64,000 nt of DNA, from positions 96,793 through 160,792 of the forward strand of contig JBGAWK010000001.1 of the NCBI GenBank assembly GCA_044227665.1, in the 5' to 3' direction. Shown one piece after another: positions 51,301 to 59,052 of this stretch. This DNA comes from Chitinophagales bacterium (GTDB lineage Bacteria; Bacteroidota; Bacteroidia; Chitinophagales; JADIYW01). The notes below the pieces were generated by a model. That model was not told the DNA's origin. It saw nothing but the letters and a program-made list of their open reading frames with translations, and made no database searches. A program made the translations under genes and the position numbers. How positions within the stretch are numbered: position 1 is the stretch's first letter; every line of letters starts with the position of its first letter.

Positions 51301-54003
51301 ATGGTACCAATATGGTAGAAATGGCAAGCGAGTATGATCCTTTGGCCTTTTGGGGTGAATCTATAGATGTATATTGTTTGAAGCCAAATACATTATATTA
51401 TGTACAGGTGGGTGGAACACTCAATGTATATGGTCAGGAACAAGGATTCTTTGATATTGTGATTAATGACATTCCTCCAATTACTATACCCGCAAATGAC
51501 AATGTATGTAGTGCATTCAATGTAGGCACTACTACCAATGCAGGCTCTGTGACTATCTCCTCTACGCCGGGCAATAAGATAGGAAATGCATCTTCTGGTG
51601 CCAATAATTATCATAATTATTGCACTGATTTAGAGGCTGGAGAACCACAACCAGATGCTTTCACCGCAGATAATACGGTATGGTTTAAGTTCATGACACC
51701 TAATGTGGCGGGTAAGAGATATGATGTTACTGTCAATGCAAATTCTGATCCTGCTCCTGACCACAATGATGGCATAAATCTACAATTAGCGTTGTATGAG
51801 TCCTCAGATGGCACTTGTGATTTTGCGAAATTTACGGAGTTAGGGTCTGATTTTGATGCATTACTTTGGGACGAAACGCTGTCTGTTACTTGTTTGAAAC
51901 CTAATATGACCTATTATGTACAAGTAGATGGCACCAAAGGTTTCTTGGAACTGTTCAGGGCACAGGGTTTTGGGTACTTTGGCTTAGAAGTAGTGACCGA
52001 TGCCGTATATAATGCACCATCTAATGATGATGCATGTAATGCCACCAATTTAGGCACAGTGCCTATTGCAGGCAATATCAATAATGGAACATGGTACTAC
52101 AACAACTGTGCTACTACCCAAGTGGGAGAGCCTATAGATATACCTACAGATATCTCAAGCTATGATGTAGATAAATCAGTATGGTTTAGATTTACGGCGG
52201 CAAGGGATGCGGATTATACGATACAATTAGAATCAGATGCCTTATTAGGTACGGATCCTATAGATTTACAAGTAGCTGTTTTTAGAGCCACAAATGGATG
52301 CAGTGACTTCAGTGGATTTGTACAAGAAGCAGCCGATTATGATGCTGGATTTTTTGATGAAGATCTTACATTGCCTTGTGTAAAATCAGGACAAGAGTAT
52401 TATGTACAAGTAGATGGTTCTTCACTGAATATGGAAGGAAGATTCAAGATTCGCATCTATGATGATGGTGCTGCGACATCAGGCCCTGCCAATGATAATA
52501 TTTGTAGTCTTACTACGGCTGGGGCGGCGTTTGCTACCATAGCATTAACCGGGGCAACACAGGGAATTACTAATCAAAATAATATCTGTGCTACTACCGA
52601 GGTCGGTGAACCTAATGCACCTGCGGATGTACAAAAATCTGTATGGTACAGATTCCAAGCTTCAGCGTCAGGACGCTTACGCCTTACTTTACATGATGCA
52701 GATGGAGCATTTAGAGGGTTAGATCCTGAAATGTATCTCTACGAAGTAGGGCCTACATGGAATTGTAGTTTTGGTTCTTGGACGACTCCGGGTGTAGAGA
52801 TGGCTAGCGCATACAATCCTATTCCTGATGTTCCTATTATTTGTCCTAACTGCGGTGACGAAGAAATAGAATATGAGTGCTTCATTCCGGGATGGTGGTA
52901 TGTCGTTCAAGTGGATGGTACAACTGTAGGGGGTGCACAAGGTAAATTTGACCTTACTATAGAAGATTTATTATATCCTTATACAATACCTTCCGGTAAT
53001 CAACCTGCAAATAATGATATTGCGAATGCTGTAACTGTAACGGTACAAGATGAGCAATGTGTGGTAACTGATGGTGAAGAAATTCAGGGTAGTGGCTCGT
53101 GGCAGACCTATTTGCTCCATAACGGATCTTTGTGGCGATACATGGTATAAATTTACTGTGCCGGCAATAACGTGTGCTCCAGGCTCGCCTGCGGGAAGTA
53201 TGCCCGTATATACACCAATAATGGTTCAAGGTAGCGCACGTTATGATGCTAACCTTGTGGATGATGAAAGTAAACTCCACGTGATAGCTTATAAAGGAAC
53301 ACCTGGAAGTCTTACAGCAATAGGCTGTGGAACAGCAGGGAAACCTAATTTGACTACGGGAGATCAATTCTTTAACTTTGAAATTAGTGAAGCTCAAGGT
53401 ACTGTAATATATCTGCAAGTGTTTGGGGAACAGGCACTAGACTGGGATAAAGACTTCGATTTATGTGTGAGTGAGCGCAAAGGATTCGATGAGTGTATTC
53501 ATGCAGCACAAGCTCCTCCTATGCAATATGGCGTAGAGTATTGTTATAATATTAAAGGAGCAACATCAGAACCAGCAAGTAATGGCTATGCAGAATCCTG
53601 TCCTTTGACAGGTATTCCGGGTATTCCTGATCCGGATTCTGATGCACCTACAGAAAACTCTATCTACTTTAAATTTACTACGGACAATAGTTGTGCTGAT
53701 TATAGACTGACTTTTAAATATTACTTTACGACATATTCAGCATTAAATAACAAAGGAATTTCTTACAGTATTTACAAAGACAATACTCCTTGTGATGGAG
53801 CGCCTATAGGCTCCGGCACATTGGATTGTCAGTCTTTCTATAATACTTCTATTTCTAGTAATACATACGTGATTACTTATCAAAATAATATGTATCTCAC
53901 AGTTGCAAGTGGAATTGATACAAGTGCCACATATTATATTCAGATAGACGGTCCCGGACAAACTTTTGGGAACTTAGACGGCACAATTAAGATTGAGCAA
54001 GTT
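46560..54003 (+). repeat. Array of about 14 tandem protein-level repeats (about 118-220 aa each), PPC-like cysteine-bearing modules
   Basis: Module boundaries estimated from the recurring P.ND..C.A start motif. In nt: 46560, 46914, 47424, 47976, 48537, 49113, 49686, 50256, 50913, 51471, 52002, 52470, 52971, 53479, ending 54003. The repeats have diverged at the DNA level. Confidence 0.75.
48303..53150 (+). CDS. Giant T9SS cargo protein, segment B (second half of module 4 through first half of module 13)
   Basis: 1615 codons. Eight complete modules of 156-219 aa, each with P.ND..C.A, N.C[AT][TD]...EP, VW[YF][KR]F, [IL][DN]L[QS][LV]A[LIV][YF], C[LF].P...YY[ILV].[VI][DGS]G and G.F.L.[IV]. No signal peptide of its own. 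Confidence 0.85.
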   Translation: MKVWEWTGTGTGPACNDATRFDPLKLVDIGTPDLVDQSKEYIECPKANTWYFAQCELGFGSTCDRANFNATITDNGIPQAPNDRICNATVLSTPTYTNPQSLVGTYTTHTLINQNNFCATNTGEPTPSCFGTNDQSVWYKLPAAAAPGASDISNPGRKVVIVNAYSQHPAGVEDEINLQLALYTNSNMASCPTNPTTGFTLTSDIQGNNCAYVSPLSIDPDQVLQLSEYLTAACLTPETDYYLMVDGEVPFYDVLTQYLKEGWFEFDAYYPREVGDIPCNAVPFKLFGNSNGFNTGYDNAAGAFGTGDASKTGLTDNLYNNSNLCTTYTPGTGANQEPGTTFTTGDGNDNPGWVYFYAPPSGSVRITATADPQDIMKDGTFDNIDLQLAIYQETTPGNCSIIQPPQSPVSSIVSYNVLDGYGEVMYVNCLTPGRKYYLEIDGSASPITQTRGIFDLKIEDYQPNAYAPNDEMCNAIPFSDSYIATNTWNRINYKDTLYIADTKNWCADNLNEPGRPALGGYNETGVWYKFIAPPSGKIHILAENTDYGTLSKPSGDPNHIDLSLAIYKLNSGYSCTQYAIPEATTLIVQDYQNPLVTSGVAIAGTSVEDEEMEVSCLIPGQEYYLLVSGKKSAGIGSDWDYGRFNLTITSDPRNPASWNGAYNTVSGNQYLPATINPSIDTVCGAANLGTMPAGTTWYQPFTDRKVPNNCSSNFYMSPTFNNFCATATSDPTPGYQQSVVNAFGSNHQPVWFKFTTPATGAYDPSIISVEIEAISGDCSTAILDDWFDNGCSPSDEVYQDCIDLGVSLWMASDGTCSGPLYEMGSDYDPGFYDENATIHCLDPNTTYYIMVDGSALNKEGNFNLRVRQVNPDPRPSNNFICNAKKLTTGAASSAASFWGGGAAFTYEKDTNICADTRLNVSSAAGTEPIPSGWDVVSPPSDAADMTHTVWYSFMTPTAAGDYAVHIDVNSDLPWPFGDLVNPKIAVWESQDGTCSYSHPNGTNMVEMASEYDPLAFWGESIDVYCLKPNTLYYVQVGGTLNVYGQEQGFFDIVINDIPPITIPANDNVCSAFNVGTTTNAGSVTISSTPGNKIGNASSGANNYHNYCTDLEAGEPQPDAFTADNTVWFKFMTPNVAGKRYDVTVNANSDPAPDHNDGINLQLALYESSDGTCDFAKFTELGSDFDALLWDETLSVTCLKPNMTYYVQVDGTKGFLELFRAQGFGYFGLEVVTDAVYNAPSNDDACNATNLGTVPIAGNINNGTWYYNNCATTQVGEPIDIPTDISSYDVDKSVWFRFTAARDADYTIQLESDALLGTDPIDLQVAVFRATNGCSDFSGFVQEAADYDAGFFDEDLTLPCVKSGQEYYVQVDGSSLNMEGRFKIRIYDDGAATSGPANDNICSLTTAGAAFATIALTGATQGITNQNNICATTEVGEPNAPADVQKSVWYRFQASASGRLRLTLHDADGAFRGLDPEMYLYEVGPTWNCSFGSWTTPGVEMASAYNPIPDVPIICPNCGDEEIEYECFIPGWWYVVQVDGTTVGGAQGKFDLTIEDLLYPYTIPSGNQPANNDIANAVTVTVQDEQCVVTDGEEIQGSGSWQTYLLHNGSLWRYMV

Positions 54004-55194
54004 CCTGTATGCTTGCCAATAGTCATAGACAGTATGCCGGTAGTATCCATGACACAGTATTATACTTGTGGAGATGGGTGGCGTCATTACTATCATACTG
54101 TTGGCTCTCAGAGAAAATATAAGTTTTCGCTTTATGACAATGGCAATACTTCACTACAAGGTATAGCTAAAATCTATTACACTACAGATCATTATACAGA
54201 GTCTATTGGTTGCGAATATGCATCTCATGTAATGAGAAGATACTGGGATTTTGAAATTACTTCAGGAACTATTGATCCAGCGAAACCTGTGAAAATTAGA
54301 TTCTATTATTTACCCATAGAAAAACAAGAAATAATAGATACCATGATGAGTTTCCAAGCAAATGGCTGTCTTGGTACTGCGGAAGGATTCGAATGGTTTA
54401 AGTCTTGTAATGGTATTGCCTTCGATTATGCTGCGCATACGAATCCATACTATGTGTACGCATGTTATGGTAGTGGCTTAGCCACAGGGGCTGCTTTCTC
54501 CCTTACTACAGTAGATGATGTATCATGTAATAATGTAACGTATGTGGAATATCAAGGACTGACTGGTTTCTCAGGAGGTACAGGCGCCACGGGTAATGGC
54601 TATGCCCCTACGCCACTACCTATAGAACTAATATCTTTCACAGGCAGCTATAACGAAGCCAACCATACGAATGATTTACAATGGGCTACAGCTTCAGAAT
54701 TCAATAATGATTATTTTGTGGTAGAAAAATCTTTGGATGGTACAATATTCGTTCCAATAGGCACAGTGGATGGTGCAGGAAATAGTAATACAGTATTAAA
54801 TTATACTTTGATAGATCCTAATCCTGTCATAGGCAATAACTACTATAGATTAGTACAATATGACTTTGATGGTACAAGCACAACTTCGCCAATAATTAAT
54901 ATCAAAGTTGCAGATCCTGTCCCTTATCAGGCTACGTATATAGATAGAATATATCCGAACCCTACTAGTGGCAAGTTAAACATTGACATTATCGTATCTG
55001 TAGAACAACTTTCTCTCAATATGAGCGTTACAAATGTAATAGGTCAGCACATGAGAGATGAAGTGTTGAACTTACAGAAGGGCAAGAACACCATAGTGTT
55101 GGATGCTTCAGAATATGCCCAAGGGGTATATTTGATTAACTTAGTAAACAAACTTAAAGATATAAATCTCAAGAGTAAGTTTGTGAAACAATAA
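53071..55194 (+). CDS. Giant T9SS cargo protein, segment C (+1 frame: second half of module 13, module 14, two further domains, T9SS type-A C-terminal sorting domain)
   Basis: 707 codons. CGDTWYKFTV and SIYFKFTT module motifs. A pre-CTD domain LISFTGSYNEANHTNDLQWATASEFNNDYFVVEKSLDG...YYRLVQYDFDG. CTD IYPNPTSGKLNIDI...GVYLINLV...KFVKQ. No signal peptide of its own. Confidence 0.85.
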   Translation: MVKKFRVVARGRPICSITDLCGDTWYKFTVPAITCAPGSPAGSMPVYTPIMVQGSARYDANLVDDESKLHVIAYKGTPGSLTAIGCGTAGKPNLTTGDQFFNFEISEAQGTVIYLQVFGEQALDWDKDFDLCVSERKGFDECIHAAQAPPMQYGVEYCYNIKGATSEPASNGYAESCPLTGIPGIPDPDSDAPTENSIYFKFTTDNSCADYRLTFKYYFTTYSALNNKGISYSIYKDNTPCDGAPIGSGTLDCQSFYNTSISSNTYVITYQNNMYLTVASGIDTSATYYIQIDGPGQTFGNLDGTIKIEQVPVCLPIVIDSMPVVSMTQYYTCGDGWRHYYHTVGSQRKYKFSLYDNGNTSLQGIAKIYYTTDHYTESIGCEYASHVMRRYWDFEITSGTIDPAKPVKIRFYYLPIEKQEIIDTMMSFQANGCLGTAEGFEWFKSCNGIAFDYAAHTNPYYVYACYGSGLATGAAFSLTTVDDVSCNNVTYVEYQGLTGFSGGTGATGNGYAPTPLPIELISFTGSYNEANHTNDLQWATASEFNNDYFVVEKSLDGTIFVPIGTVDGAGNSNTVLNYTLIDPNPVIGNNYYRLVQYDFDGTSTTSPIINIKVADPVPYQATYIDRIYPNPTSGKLNIDIIVSVEQLSLNMSVTNVIGQHMRDEVLNLQKGKNTIVLDASEYAQGVYLINLVNKLKDINLKSKFVKQ

Positions 55195-55198
55195 TAAC

Positions 55199-55293
55199 AT
55201 AGCCGTCATCTTAGAAATGGGTATAAAAGCAAAGCATTGCAATCTTTACTTTTATAAAGGGTTTCTTTAACTAAGATGACGGCTATTGTTTTT
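55199..55293 (+). terminator. Long compound hairpin plus T-run downstream of the giant gene (terminator or structured RNA)
   Basis: Outer 16-bp perfect stem atagccgtcatcttag (55199-55214) / ctaagatgacggctat (55271-55286). Inner 13-bp stem with one mismatch, tataaaagcaaag (55222-55234) / ctttacttttata (55244-55256). Followed by tgttttt. Confidence 0.6.
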
Positions 55294-55337
55294 CATAGAT
55301 TTGAAAAAATAGTATAACTTCGGATAAAATTCCGAAT

Positions 55338-56546
55338 ATGTATGTTACCTCAGATATTGAAAATCTGCAAAAAGTAATCGTACACAGGCCTGATATGGGC
55401 ATAGAGTACATTACGCCGGAAATAGCAGAACAATTATTGTATGACGATATCGTATTTCTACCTCGAATCATTGAAGAACACGACAATTTTACAGATAGTC
55501 TGAAAAAATTCATTGGCAAGGATAATGTAATAGAAATCCAGCAACTTCTTACAGACATTATCAAAGATGACGATGCCAAAAATGATATTCTTGAGAGAAT
55601 AGCTTCTTATCACAACCTCAATCTGTCTAGGCGTGAGAAATTGAGAACATTAGAATATGAGCAACTATCAGAGACCTTGATATCTGGGCTACATCCCAAT
55701 ACAAAAGAAGTATTGTTGCCGCCACTTCCAAATTTGGTATTCACTAGAGATCTCGCCTGTGTCATCCAAGATATGATAGTAGTCTGCAAAGCACATAAGC
55801 AAGCAAGGCAAAGAGAAAACATCTTATTTTCGTATATTGTAAAGTACCATCCCTTATTTGTGGGGTTCTCTGATAAAGTCTTAGATTTTACCCGAGAAGA
55901 CTATTTTAGCAACACCGCTATATCTATTGAAGGGGGCGATATAATGGTTTTGGGAAATAAGCATGTTTTGATAGGTAAGAGTGAGCGCACCACGCTGGCG
56001 GCCATAGAGTTGCTAAAGAACTTTCTCTTTGACAGAAATATTTTAGATACACTTACAGTTGTAGAATTACCGGAGGCTCGATATTGTATGCATTTAGATA
56101 CCGTCTTTACATTAATAGATAGGAATACAGCGGTAGGCTATGCGCCATTAGTTTTTGAGGAAAACGAAGAACTAGGCGTAGTAACTTACATAAGGGATAA
56201 ACACAAACCCCTATTTTATCCTACCCTAAAGCATCTATTACATGATTATAATCCTGCAATGACACTCATCTCTTGTGGAAATGGCATACACCCATTCGAT
56301 AAAAGGGAACAGTGGACAGATGGGTGTAATTTGGTTGCAGTAAGACCGGGAGTAGCTTTTGCTTACGAGAGGAATATTTATACGCTAAAAGCATTGAAAG
56401 GTGCAGGATACGTATCTCTCAGTCCCCGAAAAATGGATACCCTACTACAAGAAAACCTTAAAGCTATTATTACTATATCTTCTTCAGAATTATCACGAGC
56501 CCGCGGAGGACCCCATTGCATGACCATGCCATTGTGGCGCGCCTAA
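55338..56546 (+). CDS. arcA: Arginine deiminase family protein
   Basis: 402 aa. Guanidino-group-modifying-enzyme fold motifs, including the C-terminal catalytic Cys context RGGPHCMTMPLWR. Confidence 0.7.
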   Translation: MYVTSDIENLQKVIVHRPDMGIEYITPEIAEQLLYDDIVFLPRIIEEHDNFTDSLKKFIGKDNVIEIQQLLTDIIKDDDAKNDILERIASYHNLNLSRREKLRTLEYEQLSETLISGLHPNTKEVLLPPLPNLVFTRDLACVIQDMIVVCKAHKQARQRENILFSYIVKYHPLFVGFSDKVLDFTREDYFSNTAISIEGGDIMVLGNKHVLIGKSERTTLAAIELLKNFLFDRNILDTLTVVELPEARYCMHLDTVFTLIDRNTAVGYAPLVFEENEELGVVTYIRDKHKPLFYPTLKHLLHDYNPAMTLISCGNGIHPFDKREQWTDGCNLVAVRPGVAFAYERNIYTLKALKGAGYVSLSPRKMDTLLQENLKAIITISSSELSRARGGPHCMTMPLWRA

Positions 56547-56593
56547 GCACCTATTATACAGGCAGAAATTTATGACAATACTTTTTCTTTATT

Positions 56594-57622
56594 TTAGGAC
56601 TGAGGCTCAAATGCAGGGATAGCCTTACAGATATGCTCTATGTCGGCAGGGCTGATGTCCAAATGTGTAACCATACGCATTAATCCTTCACCCATATCAA
56701 TGATCCATATATTGTTCTTTTCAAGATGTTCCGTAAATTGCTTTGCGAGCCGTGGGCTCTTCATGGCAAAGATGATAATATTAGTTTCAACGGGCAATAA
56801 GTGTTTTATATACTTGCAATCTTTGAGTGTATTTGCAATAATTTGAGCATGATGATGGTCAATATGAAGGCGGACAATATTATTGTCCAATGCATAAACA
56901 CAAGCCTGAGCGAGATATCCGGATTGGCGCATTCCGCCGCCAAAGGCTTTCCTGTATTTTCGAGCCTTTTTTATATATGAGGATGTTCCTAGTAATGCAG
57001 AGCCTACTGGTGCTCCCAAGCCCTTGGAAAAGCAGACAGTAATGCTATCACAATGCTTGCCTATAAATTTTTCGTCATACCCCTCATGGATAATAGCATT
57101 AAATATCCTAGCACCATCTATATGTAAAGGAATTCCTCGTTTTCTACAGAAAGTATAAATGTTGAAAATTTCATCTTGTGTATAGCAGATGCCACCAGCT
57201 CTATTTACAGTGTTCTCAATAGTTACAAGACCAGTAGTTGGCAACCAGTCGTGATGCTGGCGGATATGATTGGTGATGTCCTTTACATTGAGTTTGTTAT
57301 CCTTACCATGTATGATAGCGGCACATATCCCAGAAAACATTGCATATCCCCCATTCTCATATTGCAGTATATGGGAATTGTATTCAGCAATGACCTCCTG
57401 CATGGGCTGGGTATGTGTTTTTATTGCCACTTGGTTGCTCATAGTTCCGGAAGGCATAAACAAAGCTGCCTCCATGCCGAAGCGTTCTGCCACTTTCATC
57501 TCTAAGGCAAGAACGGTAGGGTCTTCACCAAAAACATCATCTCCTACTTCTGCCAAAAACATAGCCGCCAACATAGCTTTGTCCGGTTTTGTAACCGTAT
57601 CACTTCGTAAATCTATAATCAT
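56594..57622 (-). CDS. ltaE: Low-specificity L-threonine aldolase (PLP-dependent)
   Basis: 342 aa. DLRSDTVTKP N-terminus, GDDVFGEDPT, SGTMSNQ, and a PLP lysine region CFSKGLGAPVGS. Confidence 0.85.
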   Translation of the reverse strand: MIIDLRSDTVTKPDKAMLAAMFLAEVGDDVFGEDPTVLALEMKVAERFGMEAALFMPSGTMSNQVAIKTHTQPMQEVIAEYNSHILQYENGGYAMFSGICAAIIHGKDNKLNVKDITNHIRQHHDWLPTTGLVTIENTVNRAGGICYTQDEIFNIYTFCRKRGIPLHIDGARIFNAIIHEGYDEKFIGKHCDSITVCFSKGLGAPVGSALLGTSSYIKKARKYRKAFGGGMRQSGYLAQACVYALDNNIVRLHIDHHHAQIIANTLKDCKYIKHLLPVETNIIIFAMKSPRLAKQFTEHLEKNNIWIIDMGEGLMRMVTHLDISPADIEHICKAIPAFEPQS

Positions 57623-58263
57623 CAGAAACCTATTTGCATTCTAAACAAATCTAGTGCATTAGGGAATACAATAATTGTAAATAATACGCCAAAAATCGCA
57701 CCAAAAAAGTGTGCATCATGGCCTATGTTGTCATTACCTTGCTTCGAAAGATATGCAGAGAAAGCAAGGTATATGGGGCCAAAGATATAAGCCTTAACAG
57801 GAATAAAATAAAAATATATCTCACTGCGAGGACTCAGAATAATACTGCTGAATATCACAGCAGAAACAGCCCCGGATGCACCTAAGGCATTGTAGTAAGG
57901 GTTGTCTTTATGCTTCGCATAAGAATACAGGTGACTGAAGCACATGCCTAATAGATAAAGCAAAAGATACATTATCATGCCCTTGGTGCCTAAGGCTATA
58001 GAAAACATTTGCTCTACATATCTTCCAAATGAATAGAATGCCAGCATATTGAAACCCAAGTGTGCATAATCGGCGTGAATAAATCCGGCACTCCAAAATC
58101 TATACCACTCTCCTGTACTTTTTATTCGATACGGATTAAACATAAAACGATGTTGTAGAGTACCATTATTAAATGCTAATAGGGATATTACTACCGTTAC
58201 TACCAATATTGCCACTGTAACCATAAGATTTTTTACCAAATTTAGCATATTGCATAAGTTCAT
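57622..58263 (-). CDS. Rhomboid-family intramembrane serine protease
   Basis: 213 aa and polytopic. Catalytic GASGAV motif, a downstream His (HDAHFFGAIFG), and a WR-like loop (EWYRFWSAGFIH). Confidence 0.8.
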   Translation of the reverse strand: MNLCNMLNLVKNLMVTVAILVVTVVISLLAFNNGTLQHRFMFNPYRIKSTGEWYRFWSAGFIHADYAHLGFNMLAFYSFGRYVEQMFSIALGTKGMIMYLLLYLLGMCFSHLYSYAKHKDNPYYNALGASGAVSAVIFSSIILSPRSEIYFYFIPVKAYIFGPIYLAFSAYLSKQGNDNIGHDAHFFGAIFGVLFTIIVFPNALDLFRMQIGF

Positions 58264-58299
58264 AATAATTATTTACAAAAAAGAATATGTCAATAACAG

Positions 58300-58307
58300 T
58301 ATTTTTG
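58300..58307 (+). promoter_or_regulatory. -7 promoter box TAttTTTG
   Basis: tatttttg lies 14 nt upstream of the ATG at 58321. Confidence 0.35.
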
Positions 58308-58320
58308 AAAAAATTTACAA

Positions 58321-59052
58321 ATGGATTTTAGTGTCTTTACACAGCCGGCAGCATATATTAGTTTAATCTCCCTTACCTTTATGGAAATAGTATTGGGTAT
58401 AGATAATATTATTTTTGTAGCGATCAATACCCAGCGGGCAGCACCACATCAGCAAGAAAAAGCACGACGGTGGGGACTGTTTATGGCACTACTCATAAGG
58501 ATAGTGTTATTATTTTTTATCCAATTCATTATAGCCTCTACACAACCCTTGTTTTACCTGCCTATAGATTTTGAAGGCAATGCGATAAGTCTAAAAGACA
58601 TCGTCTTAGTAATGGGAGGACTATTTTTGCTGTATAAAAGTACTATAGAGATAGACCATAAGATTAATGAAGACGATCATGCTGAAACCGGAAAGAAAAC
58701 GCAGATGTCCTTCACACAGGTAGTAATTCAGATTGCACTCATAAATTTAGTGTTTTCTATAGATTCTATCATTACGGCCATAGGTCTCACACAGAGCATA
58801 GTTATCATGTTTATCTCTATTATATTGTCTATGATTATTATGGTGATGGTATCTAAGTCTATTAGCGATTTCATCGAAAGACATCCTACCATAAAAATAT
58901 TGGCACTATCATTCTTGTTAATGATAGGTCTATTATTAGTGGCAGAAGCATTCGATGTGCATGTGCCTAAAGGGTATGTCTATTTTGCTATGGCATTTTC
59001 TTTGGGCGTAGAATTTTTGAATATAAAATATAGAACAAAAAAAGGTATATAA
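58321..59052 (+). CDS. TerC-family integral membrane protein
   Basis: 243 aa. EIVLGIDNIIFVAI and VFSIDSIITAIGLT are the paired TerC DN/DS motifs. Confidence 0.85.
   Translation: MDFSVFTQPAAYISLISLTFMEIVLGIDNIIFVAINTQRAAPHQQEKARRWGLFMALLIRIVLLFFIQFIIASTQPLFYLPIDFEGNAISLKDIVLVMGGLFLLYKSTIEIDHKINEDDHAETGKKTQMSFTQVVIQIALINLVFSIDSIITAIGLTQSIVIMFISIILSMIIMVMVSKSISDFIERHPTIKILALSFLLMIGLLLVAEAFDVHVPKGYVYFAMAFSLGVEFLNIKYRTKKGI

Noticed and set aside
46889-53418. Antisense and off-frame ORFs within the giant gene (46889-47338, 47610-47900, 48299-48532, 50313-50699, 51393-51814, 52719-52940, 52957-53418)
   Set aside because: They overlap the strongly patterned repeat-module frame and show no motifs or signal sequences. 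Some carry the Arg/Ser/Ile/Tyr-rich composition of antisense reads.
43740-55300. Treating the 43.8-55.3 kb accessory block as a mobile genomic island, prophage or defence island
   Set aside because: I recognised no integrase, transposase, phage structural gene, toxin-antitoxin pair, restriction-modification gene, CRISPR-Cas gene or other known defence gene. The only boundary-like signals are the 39-nt hairpin repeats around a single gene.
58264-58320. Possible yybP-ykoY (Mn2+) riboswitch upstream of the TerC-family gene
   Set aside because: The spacer is only 57 nt and almost pure A/T. That is too short and unstructured for that riboswitch class.
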